From Phyllosticta citribraziliensis (taxonomy: Eukaryota): a DNA stretch of 64,000 bases. Positions 13,472 to 25,646 of the stretch are shown here, piece by piece; the stretch's first letter is position 1; each line of letters opens with the position of its first letter. The translations under genes and the position numbers were made by a program. The DNA is taken from positions 1,922,001 to 1,986,000 of the forward strand of contig NW_027117345.1 in NCBI RefSeq assembly GCF_038025025.1, given 5' to 3'. The notes beneath the pieces were generated by a model that worked only from the letters and a program-made list of their open reading frames with translations, did not search any database and was not told the origin of the DNA.

Positions 13472-15005
13472 TTACAAGCTGGACCCCGCGGTTTTGGCCC
13501 CAGGATAGCGCTCCTGGATAGCATCCCACAAGCTCTGGCCGCCGACCTCCATGTCCTTGAAAGCGGGGCAAGCGAGGCTCAAGAGCGGGGCGGAAAGGGC
13601 GTCGGTGACCATCTCGATGGGTTTTTCGAGCGTGGCCATGAGCGGTGAGAGCGAATTGGGCATGAACGTCTTGAGCACCTCGAAGACGAAGCACAGCAGG
13701 TTGTTGGATTCGAGCAGCGACGTGGCGTCGAGGACGCCGCCGGTGATGTTGGCGAGCTGGAGGCCGCTGAATGAGTTGACGGTGCCGGTGTTGCCGCCGA
13801 CGCTGCCGTTTTGTGAGCACTTGCGCATTGTAAAAAGCCGAGTATCTTACCTGCCGAGCTCCGGGTGCTTGAGGACCCAGCTCACAATGTCGAGGTTCAG
13901 CGGGACAAGGCCGTATTCAAGAGGCTTGCGGTACCAGTTGTCGGGAAAAGTCTCGTGGCCTTGCTTGTATTCCATCTTGCCATCCTCGGTGTCAACGACG
14001 GCAAAGAATTTCTTGAAAATATCCTGAGCTGTGCAATGTCAGCAGGAGCCGAATTCTCTGTTTGAAACCATGCTTACTCAAAATTCCCTCGGGGTGCTCT
14101 TCAGTGTGATTTGCAAGCAAGCGGCCCAAGAAAAAGTAGCCAGCATTGCGTGCAATCATTCCAGTGATGGGACCGTAGTAAAAGTTCGGGTTGTGTGCAA
14201 CGGCGTAATCGAAACGGTTGGCAGCTTGCTGCGCGAGTATGTCCATGGAAAGCACACCATCCTCATCGGCCATGTTGTAGAATTCCTCGAAAAGCGTCAT
14301 GTTCATGGTCCAGGAGTCGTTGGTCATGTACAGGTCATTGCGGGTCAAAGACGCGTCGGATTCGATCCAATTGTGCGAGCCCTGAAGACCGCGAGGCGTG
14401 CCTACGAATCATGTCAATTTCAACCATTTCTCGAATGATTTGCTTGGCTGACGAACCCAAAAGGCCTCCGAGGTTGCCCAAGAGATTGTTCGTTTCGTCG
14501 TTTGGACCACCAATGGAAAATCCGGGGTTCAGCGAGAGCGGGTTGCCAGTCCATACGGTGCCCATGACACCGAGCACGGTGGCGAGTTCAAGTCCCATGC
14601 CCAAGACTTCGTTGATGGTCGTAACAACCTCGAGAAACTGCCTCGAGTGAGTCCTTATTCTCGATGAACCCTGAGACGAGCACGTACGCTAGTCACACCA
14701 TTGCGGGCAATGTATCCATGGTTTGCCAGCACATTGAGACCTGGGCAAGGTCCTCGCTGGTCTCCAGCGTCAAAGTCCGGGGCTTGGAATGCATGGTCGC
14801 CGGTAGTTTCAACCGGGGAAGTCAGGTTCGACAACAGCGACAATCGCTTGGTGTTGCGGTGCTTCTTCACCAGATCGAGAGCATCCGAAAGAGTGTCGGG
14901 GTTGAGTTGTGAGAGAGCGCGGGGGTCAAACGTCGGAAAGGCATTGGCGACGAGTGATGCCGTCGGGAGCGAGGAAAGGAGGAAAAGAGAGTTGACAAGC
15001 TTCAT
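13472..15005 (-). CDS. Secreted heme-thiolate peroxidase (chloroperoxidase / unspecific peroxygenase family); 5 exons
   Basis: Signal peptide MKLVNSLFLLSSL; proximal motif RGPCPGLNVLANHGYI; distal motif SHNWIESDASLTRND after splicing; HETFPDNWYR and VGGNTGTVNSF in later exons. Confidence 0.92.
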
Positions 15006-16689
15006 CTTGAAGAAGGGGTATTAAATAAACAACTAAACCAAACGCGCCTCCGATGCCGCAGAAGATCAAGGAATGACTAAAGCGAGTGCAATTGGTGGTC
15101 CTAAAGCCAGGAAAAGAGAGACAATGGTCGGCAGAGGTGACGAGGACTAAACACAAGAGCGGCCTCAAAGTATGGCAACCATCATAGGGGAGTAGGAGCA
15201 CTTGGCACCTGGGCCTAACAAATAAGACGCGACGCAATTACGGCAGCATCTCTGCGGCTCATTTTTGCAGCATAACCTAGGCTCTGGGAGTCGTTACCGC
15301 GGCCCCCGAGGCTTTGGAAGCTCGTGGGGCCAACCAGATTCCTCGGAAACCAGGGCTGTAAGCAGGAAACCGTAGCCGCGAACCACGCGGGTGGCACGTG
15401 GGGAGGAAGCCTTGTCCGCCTAGCCTTCGTGGGCCAGTGCCGAGTCATAATTAATTTGGATCTTCTCCTCATCGAGCTGCTTCCAGAAGGGCAGAAGATG
15501 AGACCGCCTTGAGCTGAGTCGGGACGAGTCCTTAGCGGGCAAAAAATCAGCGACGGGGTTTTCCGCGATTCGCGAGCAGGGAGGCTGCCAAATTGCCCGT
15601 TCATCACTGGGGGCACTTGCAGGCCTTGGGTTTTGTGCGCAAAAAGGAGTTGGCGCGTGGTCCCTTTGGGCTTTCGCCGGCAAATGCTTGCGAGTTCTGC
15701 CGGGTCGGGACGAGGCTCGGGAAGAGGCGAGTTGCGGCGTAGACTCGACGACTTTAGAACAAGGGTTCCCAACTACCAAAGGCGGTAGTATGAGGAAATA
15801 GATGCATCTCAAGGTTTCAGTAGAGGAAGGGTGGCTTTGACCGACGTCATGTCGCAACAACGGGGGGGGGCATCAAGCCCAACGAGCCCAAGCATCGACA
15901 AGGCCGGAGTTGTACTGCCGCACGATTCCGGAGAAGGCTAGAGATGGCGGAGGGTCGAGTCAGACCATGAAGAAAAAGTGACGTTGGGGAAAGGAGGAGA
16001 AGAGGTCAAGGCATGAGCTGCGGTGTGAACAAGGCCAGCGCTCGGGCCGCCTTGGCAGGGAAGAAGACGGGTGCTTGGACCGGGTAAACGCCAATGTCCC
16101 ATCGACACAGGGGTGCATCCCTGGCCTGTGGTTTTATCGCCGTTGGCTCGTTGATCGATGACTTTTACGGTTACGGATCCCAGAGCCTTCCGGCAACTTG
16201 AGAGTTGTACGCGGTACTGCCGGCGCGGAAACCGTCCTCCACGAACGAGCCATTTGAGTCCACGTGAGAAACACCACGAGCCGGCTGAAGACCAAGCTGG
16301 AAGTTCAATTGTGGACAGGCTCCAATATTCAACTGCATCGTTTCTAATTCCCACGTGTGTGGCCAGAAAGCACACTCCGCTGGGTGCTACTAATCTCCGA
16401 ATGTTGAAGTTTAAAGCCGTCTGTTGCGTAAGAATCCAATACGGACGCGGAAAGTGTTACCCATGGGAGACGGAAGAGTGGCAAGAGATACAGAAATAAC
16501 GAGAACTGACCAATGGAGCAAGTAAAGAAGGATCGCATTTGAATGTAGCTCCAGAAACCAAGAAACCAAGTGGTAGAGGCAAAGTCGAAGCCTCCGGGTA
16601 TTGTCGAGAAATGACAAGAAATTAAACTGATATACCGAACAACCCAGTCGGAATTTTCAAGCGCCCACATCATGCATCCAGGTCATCTC

Positions 16690-18228
16690 TTAGACATGTT
16701 CTCTGCCTTGCGTGCCTTGGCCCATAGTCCAGCTGTCGGGCCTTGAATCAGCCGTGACTGACGTGTGAACCGTGTTCGATGTAACGGTCCAGGACTCTTT
16801 GTGGCCCTCGGAAGTGGTTTGGCCACCGCGGCTCTCAACGTCAACGAGCGGAACGAAATCGGTCTCGTCCCCCTTGTTGGGCTTGACGGAGAGCTGGGTT
16901 GCGCTCCGGCTAGTCGATGATGTGCCGGTGCTCTTGCCGGTGCTGTTGACCGTGTCCTTGATCTTGGGCCAGAACTTGGCAAACAGGAAGCGGTGAGCAG
17001 GCATGCAACCGCAAATGATGGAGACGTAGACCTCAATCAAACTCCAGTAGCCGGCCTCAAAGTAGTCCCAGGTAATGTTTTGAGAGTTGGCAAAGTGGAC
17101 CAGGGATTCCAGGCGGATGATCGAAGTCAAGACGATGAAGATACCAACGCTGAACATGGCCATGACCATGAGCTTCTTCTTGATGCCCATGTTCAAGCCA
17201 GCAAGATGCTTCAAAGGAAGAACCATGACAATGGCGTCGAGGAGAATGTTGACGGCGGCGGCGACGTATCCCTGGATGTGAATGTCGTTGCATTTTCCTT
17301 CGTGAAGACCATCCCACTGCGTCCAGGCGTAGCTGACTGGGCTACATTGCAAGGCAGTGACAATACCAAAAACGATGCAGTAGACCACGCAGACGCCCAT
17401 GGTGGCGTAGATGATCATGCGGAAATCCTTGGCCGGGAAGACTCGGAGGTAGAAGAACAAGACGGATATTTTCGAGATACCCAGGGCAACGACGTAGAAA
17501 ATTTCGCCAAAGAAGTAGTACTGGCTCAATGTTAGAACCCAAAATGCCAAGTGTTGGTCCACAGGGTTCACTTACATGGAGTACGTTGGTGATTTGTTCA
17601 GGAGTCAGAGTCCAGATATCTTTACCCATACCATTGTCGGCAAGAATAGGAGCAAACACAGCTGGGGGAATTGCTAGGATGACAAGCAACAGCATCGTCC
17701 AGTCATCCCAACTGACTGCGCGGCCAGTCTTGCCGAGACTTGCGGCCATGCGGAGGAGGAAGGCGAGGAACGCAACAACCATGCCCACTATACCAATGGC
17801 AGTGAATGTACTACTCTGGTCACGTACTTCGGCGCCGCATGCTGTGAGGGAGACATTCTTGGTTTCTGCGAGCCAGTTAGTGACTTGACTTCGAAGTGTT
17901 CCGGGTGTTGGGGGTCACCTACGGAGGCCCTCTGGGATCGTGCAATTGGACGCAACGCAAACGGTAAGCTGAGCGTTCAACGGAACATTTGAGCAAAGGC
18001 AGGCTTGATTAAGGTTCGTGGCGCATTCGGAGGTTGGAAGAAGGGTCTTTAGACAGAGTAACTTTGAAACATCAGATTAGATTTCTCTGACTCGCAGGTG
18101 AGGCAACATACAGCACAGGTGGGCATCTCCTTTGCAAGGGCCGTAAGGGCAGAGGATTGAGCGGCTACCGGCTGTACGGCCGAAGCAAAGAAGGCGGCCG
18201 ACATGGCCAGAGTGGTCCACAACCTCAT
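16690..18228 (-). CDS. CFEM-domain PTH11-like (rhodopsin-domain) 7-TM integral membrane protein; several introns
   Basis: Signal peptide MRLWTTLAMSAAFFASAV; 8-Cys CFEM (PTCA-LLCL..ECATNLNQACLC..CVASNCT..TACG); WDDW, GMGKDIW, KISVLFFYLRVF, LQCSP, D..LPL and IICGCMP motifs. Confidence 0.92.
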
Positions 18229-19278
18229 GATTGGCGCGTAGCGAGAAGTGTCCTGTTCGTAACGAGAGAATGGGGTCGGACAAGGACGAAGAAGAACAGC
18301 ACAAAGGGAAGCGGATGGTTCCCTGACCCAGGGATCGAGGGGACTATTTCAACTATCTGCACGTTGGTCTTGAACAAGTCCGCTAACGTCAAAATTGACC
18401 GTCGGCAATACGACTGGAGGCCTGGGCACGACCATCTTGGCTCTGGGGAGGCGATTCCGCAGCGAAGAGCCCGCGATAAGCCCGAGTAGAGCAGGTAGTC
18501 ATGAAGGGCTTAATTTTTTTCTTATGCTTGCGTCTCGTCCAGGGGGGATTTTCAGCAGTGTGCGTCAAATCGGCCAGGACGGGGGACCGGGTCAAGGGGG
18601 GCGGCTGAGGTGGCCGGAGGCAAGATTTGGCGCAGAGCCACAAGATCAGCGGCTCTGGACAAGTTGGAGAGCTCAGGCCTGCGATGTTGGACGGTGAGTG
18701 GTGTTGATGGTGTTGTGGGCTGAGTCGTGGTCGGAGCGGCGGACCAATCCGTCGGCGCGGCTGGGAAGAACCCAGCAGACGCGCTGACTACTGCGCCCGG
18801 CCGTCGACGTCCCTTTGCGCGCCTCGACCACGACACGTCCTCAACACCTACACACAACGGGCATCTTTGCCGCTCCCGCCCTGCCGCCTTGCGTCCCTTG
18901 ATGCTCGTTCAGCACGCCCCGGCAAATTGCTGATCCGCCTCCCCATACTCTACGTCGTGTTCCCTGTCGGCGACAACTCGCGCCATCTCGCGTCTGCTGA
19001 TGATGCTCTCTCCAGTCCGATGATCCCAATCACCATCATGAGCCCCTTGAGGCGTTCGGCATGCCGGCTCACCACGAGTCTCCACTGTACGGTCTACAGC
19101 CGTGCAGAAACCACCATGTCGACGACAATATAAACACTTTGCCGGCTCCTTTCTTGCCTGACCGCCAGCGCCAGTCACTCGTTCTTCTGGGCTCTCCCTT
19201 GTCTTACTGCTGTCCTTCTTTTGATTCCGACCCTTGTTTTTTTAGCAAGTCAAGACTGGACATACCAATTTAGCCATC

Positions 19279-21384
19279 ATGATCGTCCTCAAGGCTTTCA
19301 CCGTTCTTTCGCTTTTGAGCTCTTTCGCCTCCTCCCGCCTCATGTACGATCTCCCTCACGAGTCAAGCCATGAAATGCCCCTCTGACCTTTTGATTGCAG
19401 CGATGGCTCCCAACACACTCCTTACCGTGGTGCAAATGTGAAGCGCGATATGATCAGAGGCGCCGATGCCAACACCACCACTCTCGAAGACTACGAGTAC
19501 GTCATCGTCGGCTCGGGTCCCGGTGGTGCTCCTCTGGCTGCCAGGCTCGCCATCGCCGGCCACAAGGTCCTTCTCCTCGAGGCTGGTGGCGATGAGCACA
19601 ACACGACCGAGTTCAACGTTCCTGCGCTGCACTCAGTTGCTGCCGAGTACGAGCCCATGAGGTGGGACTACTTTGTCCGCCACTACGACAACCAGACGCA
19701 GAACGGGCGGGACACCAAGCTCGTCTACACCAATGCTGATGGCAGTCGCTACACTGGCGCCAACCCTCCCGAGGGCGCCGAGCCCCTGGGTATCTTGTAC
19801 CCCCGTGTCGGTTCCCTTGGTGGCTGCGCATCCCACAACGCCCTGATTACCGTCTACCCGCACGCAAGTGACTGGAGTACCATCCAGGAACTTACTGGCG
19901 ATGACAGCTGGGCCCCCGACAACATGCGCAAGTACTTTGAGCGTCTCGAGAAGGTCCGCTACCTTCCCAACAGCATCACGGGCCACGGCTTCAGCGGCTG
20001 GCTCGAGACGTCTGTCACCGACCTCAGCTTGATTGCACAGGACTTCAAGGTCCTTTCTCTCGTCCTGGCTGCTGCCTCGGGCATGGGCAAGAGCATCCTC
20101 GAGTCTGTCGTCACCACCGTCACCGGCCTGGCCCAGGTCCTGCTCCGCGACATCAACAACGACGGCCCCACCCGCGACGCGGACGAGGGCATGTACCAGG
20201 TCCCCTTGGCCATGAAGATCCCCGAGTACAAGCGTGCCAGCCCCATCGACTTCCTCTTTGAGGTCATGAACGCTGTCAACGACGACGGCACTCCCAAGTA
20301 CCAGCTTGACATTCAGCTCAACACCTTCGTCACCAATGTCAAGTTCGAGAACAGCACCTCGGGCAAGCCCAAGGCTGTCGGTGTCGACTTCCGCACCGGC
20401 CTGGGTCTGTACGGCGCCGACCCGCGCCGCCAGTCTGGCTCCATTACCGCCAACGGAACCGCCGGAACCGTCAAGGCTACTCGTGAGGTCATTCTCTCTG
20501 CTGGTACTTTCAACACTCCTCAACTGCTCAAGCTGTCTGGTGTTGGTCCCAAGGACGAGCTCGAGAAGTTTGGTATCGACGTCAAGGTTGACCTTCCTGG
20601 TGTTGGCAAGAACATGCAGGACCGCTACGAAATCCCCATCATCGGCGAGGCGCCCACCAAGCTGGACCTGCTCAAGGATTGCACGTTCTTGGAAGGCGAA
20701 GACCCGTGTCTCGAGAAGTGGGAGAACAACGCCATTGGCAAGGGTTCCTACAGCACCAACGGTGTCGCCCTCGCTATCGTCAAGAAGTCCCAGGTTGCCG
20801 AGAACAACGAAGCTGATCTCTTTGTTGCTGGCTGGCCCGCCTACTTCAACGGTTACTACCCCAACTTCTTCGCCAACGCCACTGCCACGGGCAACGCCTG
20901 GACCTGGTTGACGCTCAAGGCGCACTCGCGCAACAACGCCGGCGAAGTCACTCTCAAGTCGGCCGACCCGCTCGAGATGCCCGACATCCTGATGAACAAC
21001 TTCCAAGAGGGCGGCGACGAGGACCTCGAGGCCATCCTCGAGGGCCTCAAGTACAGCCGCAACGCGTTCAACGACCTGATCCCGCTCGACGGCAGCTTCA
21101 CCGAGGTGTGGCCCGGCGAGTCGGTGTCGTCGGACGACCAGCTCAAGCAGTTTGTCCGCGACGAGGCCTGGGGCCACCACGCCTCGTGCACGTGCCCCAT
21201 CGGCGCCGACGACGACGAGTCGGCCGTCCTCAACGGCGACTTCCAGGTCCGCGGCGTCGAGGGCCTGCGCGTCGTCGATGCGTCGGCGTTCCCCAAGATC
21301 CCCGGCTACTACATTGCGCTGCCCATCTACATGATTTCGGAGAAGGCGGCCGACGTCATCATTGAGGCGGCCAAGTCGTCGTAA
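19279..21384 (+). CDS. Secreted GMC (glucose-methanol-choline) oxidoreductase; intron 19344-19400
   Basis: Signal peptide MIVLKAFTVLSLLSSFASS; FAD motif YVIVGSGPGG..LLLEAG; YPRVGSLGGC; EVILSAGTFNTPQLLKLSGVG; WGHHASCTC; GLRVVDAS. Strong C-ending codon bias. Confidence 0.95.
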
Positions 21385-22499
21385 GGGGTCGAGAGTCGAG
21401 GAGTGTGATGCAGTTGCTGTTTGTACATGCATGTCAAGTCATGGGCGGCGGCGGCGGTGTAGGGAGTGAGTGAGAGTGGATATACGACGCAAGGAGTGTA
21501 CGTTTTCTATAAGGCTTAGGATCTTTTCTATCATTCACCCTTTTGCCGGGTAGTACTTCTTGTACATACATATTACATTGTACGGGGGGCCAAATAATGT
21601 GTTAAACATAATTCCCTTTTCCCACACTCGGCTTCTTCTGCTGGACAGGTGCTTCCGTGCTTGCGACCCTCGCCAACCCCTACCCCGATCTTCCTTGGCG
21701 CCCGCTTTCGTATCGTGAAATGACGCATTCGCTTCCTGGCACAGGCAGCGCGATCTCCATGACTAGTTCGTTTGTCGCTTCTTCCTGCCGCCGGCCTTGT
21801 GTGCTCCTCCCTGACCAACCCTTCCCCTTAGGTCCCTACTCAGTTCTCGCCTACTTTACCCCACCGACTGTCGTGCTATCTCACCGCCTTCTCCTCTACT
21901 CGCCTCGCCTTGTCCGTCCACTTAAACAGTCATGCAGTACAAGACAAAGTGGTGGAAGGGATGGGAGGTGGCCGTTGGGATGCTTGTGTTGTGGAGTTCG
22001 CCGTGCTTTTACCTCCCTCCTTATTGCTCCCTCTTCTGTCATCCTCACTATGTGCATGTACGTGCTGTAGTTGAGCCATGTTTCCAGTGCACGAGACCAC
22101 CTCAGTTAGTTGGTCGGTCAGTCAGTCAGTCAGTCAAGTGTTCCGCCCGCCACAGCCACAGCCACAGCCATAATTATAGCCAGCCACAGTGGTTCGCGGT
22201 ACGCGTTCGGCGCAACTCGCAAGCGTAGGTAGGCAGGTAGGTAGACACACAGACAGGTAGACACACAAATGCTCAAACAACTGGCCAGCTACAGCAGACT
22301 GCAGCTCCCCTCTTCCCCCCTTTCCTTCCATCCCTGCCCTCTTACCCAACCAGCAGCACCCAGCATCCCCAGAGAAGCGCGCCTACTCCTTAACCGTCTC
22401 GTCTCGTCTCGCGACGTCTCTTCCTAAATGGAGAGTAAGGCGAGCGAGCGGGCCGATCCAGCTGCATGCATGCACGCACGCACGCACGCCATTTCCAAT

Positions 22500-22560
<61 letters not shown>
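22500..22560. repeat. (GCAA)n tetranucleotide microsatellite, about 15 units
   Basis: Uninterrupted aagc/gcaa run. Confidence 0.95.
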
Positions 22561-22562
<2 letters not shown>

Positions 22563-23375
22563 CGCTCTAGGCAAGCGAGTCAGCGACTGAGCCACTGAAT
22601 GACCGCGCCACAAAGATGGCGTAAGCTATGCTTGTGGGTGGGCGTAGCGGTTGCTGTGGAATGTAGGGCGTGGAATAGGATGGGATGGGTAAGGCGGGTG
22701 ATGGATGAGTGGAGTGCGGTGCAGTGCAGTGGAGATAGATGTCCGTCCGCCATGCAGAAGACTCGCAATAATCTGCAGGGTCCAATGTGCTACTCTTACT
22801 CCTACCCAGCCCCGCCACCACATGCAAGTCGCGTGCTGTGCTGCCGCCGCGCTGTGCTATGTAGGCTCCTTGGAGTAGTGCGTGCACACCCGCAATCTAT
22901 CTAGTCAGGCAATGTATCAGTCTTGGCACGCCTGACACGGCACGACACGACTTAGTCGTGGCGCCGCAGACGGACGGGGCAAGAGCCGCATGGCGCACGC
23001 GGACTTGCGGTTTCGTCGGTTGACGAAACGAGTGCGGGGTGGAAGAAGGACGCCGCAAAGTAGGTGAGTAGACAACGGGCGCCGGATGGCGCAAGAAAGA
23101 TGGACAGGCTGCAGGACGATCTGTTTCGGCCTGTCTGGAGGCAGACGGGAAAGAAAAGGAGAAATTCCGGGCGGAGATGCTGTGCAAAAGGTGACTCGGA
23201 CGGCGAAAGAAGAGGCTGTGAGAAGAATGGCTGGAAGGAGAAACAGAACTATTCGATGAAGTGGAGAGGTATCTACACAACCCAAAATGTGGATATACAG
23301 CCATATTTAAAAGTCTTTTCCAGAAAAACAGAGATCCCAACGCCATTATAATGCTGCTCTACCCTCGATAGCACG

Positions 23376-24921
23376 TTACCGCTTCGGTGCGGCATTTTTC
23401 GCCAGGTACGGCGTCGCCTTGTTGACCGAAGTAGAGGCGCTCTTCGTCCTGACCATCTTGACCAGCCTGCCAGGCGTTCTCAGCCGGCTCCACAGCAGTA
23501 CGGATGTGGTGAGCAAGGCGAGTGCGCCCGCCTGGTGTGTCGCAGCAAGGTGCGTGGGGACCATGTAGATGAGCGTGCTGATACCCAGAGCTACTTGGAC
23601 CCACGCCATGTGAACGACACCGGTCAGACCCTTCTTGGCGCTGGCGGGAACCGCAGCGCGAACTCGAGGGTGGAAACGAGAGTACGCGAACAACGCCATG
23701 ATGGCAGTAAAAGTGGTCATGGCAAGACAGCGGTGGTCCAGCTGGACGAGCGACGGGTTCTCGAGAATGTTGCGCCACCAGAGGTCTGAACGGTCAGACT
23801 TGCGGCTGTAAAAGTCATCAAAGAGTTCCTTCTTTGGCGGAGTGAGGCCAAGACCCATCCACGGGAACTCGTTGTAGATAAGACCGGCGTCAAGCCCGGC
23901 AACAAGAGCTCCAGACATGGCCGTGACGAAGACCAAGCAGGTAAGCGCGGAGACATAACGCCTAAACGGGCGCAGGTTCGGGTGCTGAAGAGTGGCAATA
24001 ACCTTTTCCGCGGCAGCAGGGTCAGACACCCAGCGACGTTCCCGAAGAATAGAAAGACCAGAGACGATCATGGAGCAGTAGACCAAAAAGGCGGCGCCCA
24101 GATGGGCAGTCAGCCGGTATTGGGAGACACGTGGGTGGCTGCCAGGCGCAAAGAGGTCATCCTTCAGACCGCTCGCAACCATCCACCATCCAATGAGGCC
24201 TTGGAAGCCGATCATGCCGCAGATGCCGACAAGTTTCCAAGCCATGGGCTTTGAGACCTTGCGGCGGGCGATGAAGTACATGGTGGGCAGCAGAAAGGTG
24301 ATGCCAATGAAGCGGCCCCAGAGCCTGTGTGTCCATTCCATCCAGTAAATCTTTTTGAATTCTTCGAGAGTCATGCGGGGGTTGAGGAGCTGGAATTCGG
24401 GCGATGCGCGGTACTTTGCAAACTCAGAGTCCCAGTCATCTTGGGACATGGGAGGACGGGAACCGGTAACGGGGCGCCATTCGGTGATGCTCAATCTGTC
24501 GAGTGTCAGAGTAGCGATGTTTAGAGAAGGAGTGGAGGGAGCTGTACCCAGACTCGGTCAGCCTGGTCAAGCCTCCAAAGACGACGATGCCAAAGACGCT
24601 GACTGCACTTCCGAGCAGCCAGTAGGCGACGCTCTTGTCGCTGGTTTCAGGGAAGCTGCTCTTCTTGACGTTCTCTACAGCCTTGGCTGGAGCGTCTCTA
24701 CGCAGCTCGTTCGCCAATGCGCCCAGCGGGCTCTGTCGGCCTTTGAGAGCGTGGGTCGATTGCCATCGCAGAGCGCGGAAGACGGGACCTTGCGGGAGCG
24801 GCTTGGGCAGTGGTGCGGCGGATGCGGGAGCTAGTCGTGCAGAGCAGGTGAAGAATTCCTTGGAGAGACGCGGAGCCGCGCGCCTCAAGGCGGGAACGGC
24901 CTGGTGTAGCAACGAGGCCAT
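23376..24921 (-). CDS. COX15: Heme A synthase / cytochrome c oxidase assembly protein Cox15; intron 24496-24547
   Basis: Mitochondrial presequence-like N-terminus; [57 protein letters not shown] and HQAGAL. Confidence 0.97.
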
Positions 24922-25646
24922 GGTGATGCTGAGGAAGAGGAAGAGAAATGGACAGGCGACGATTGGTGGCACGACTCTTTGGAAATGGTGCAGGGTTCAC
25001 GTCTTGGCGACAAAAGTCCCAGTCGACCATCATGGCCTTATCGATAAGGCAGAAGGGCACAACGGGACGGGAGCCGTGGGTGAGGCTTCACGCACCACAC
25101 CACGCATCAACCACACACAGCGGTACATCTGCTGCCAGCCTTTCGTTTTCCGGCCACCACCAAAAGCAAAACGGCACCGTCACCGTCACCGTCACCGTCA
25201 TCGTCACCAAGTCGCCCCCCGTGCCGCCTCGCCTCGTCGTACTGCTGCAGCACCTGATTCCACGCGCGACGGGCCGCATCCGCATCCGCATCCGCAGCCA
25301 AACCCACGGCTTAAAGATCGCTACGTGCTTGTTCACGACGTCTTTTGCATATCCGCGCCATCCTTGTGACTTGTCGAGTCCCGTCGAGTCCCGTCGAGTC
25401 GTCGACTTGTCGTCGGGTGGCGGAAGCGGGGGCGGTGCCTTCCTGTCACCTGCATTGGTAGCAGACGCACGTCACCTCTGTCGCATCGCGACAAGCCATC
25501 TCCCATCTCACACACACCGACTCCGCTTCCACTCTCCTTCTTAACCTCTCCTCGACGTCCCTCCACATGATTCTCCAACCCTCTCCGCACTACCCTCTCC
25601 TGCGCCTCCACCTGTACCTCGACGCCATCCTGCAGCCTTTCATGAC

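Noticed and set aside
19633..21432. 599-aa antisense ORF over the GMC gene, and similar shadow ORFs over CPY, RSE1, MSS51, MFS and the receptor
   Set aside because: Expected by-product of strong GC3 codon bias on the sense strand.
23010..23029. Perfect hairpin GTTTCGTC-GGTT-GACGAAAC resembling part of a hammerhead ribozyme
   Set aside because: No CUGANGA core on either strand at the required position.
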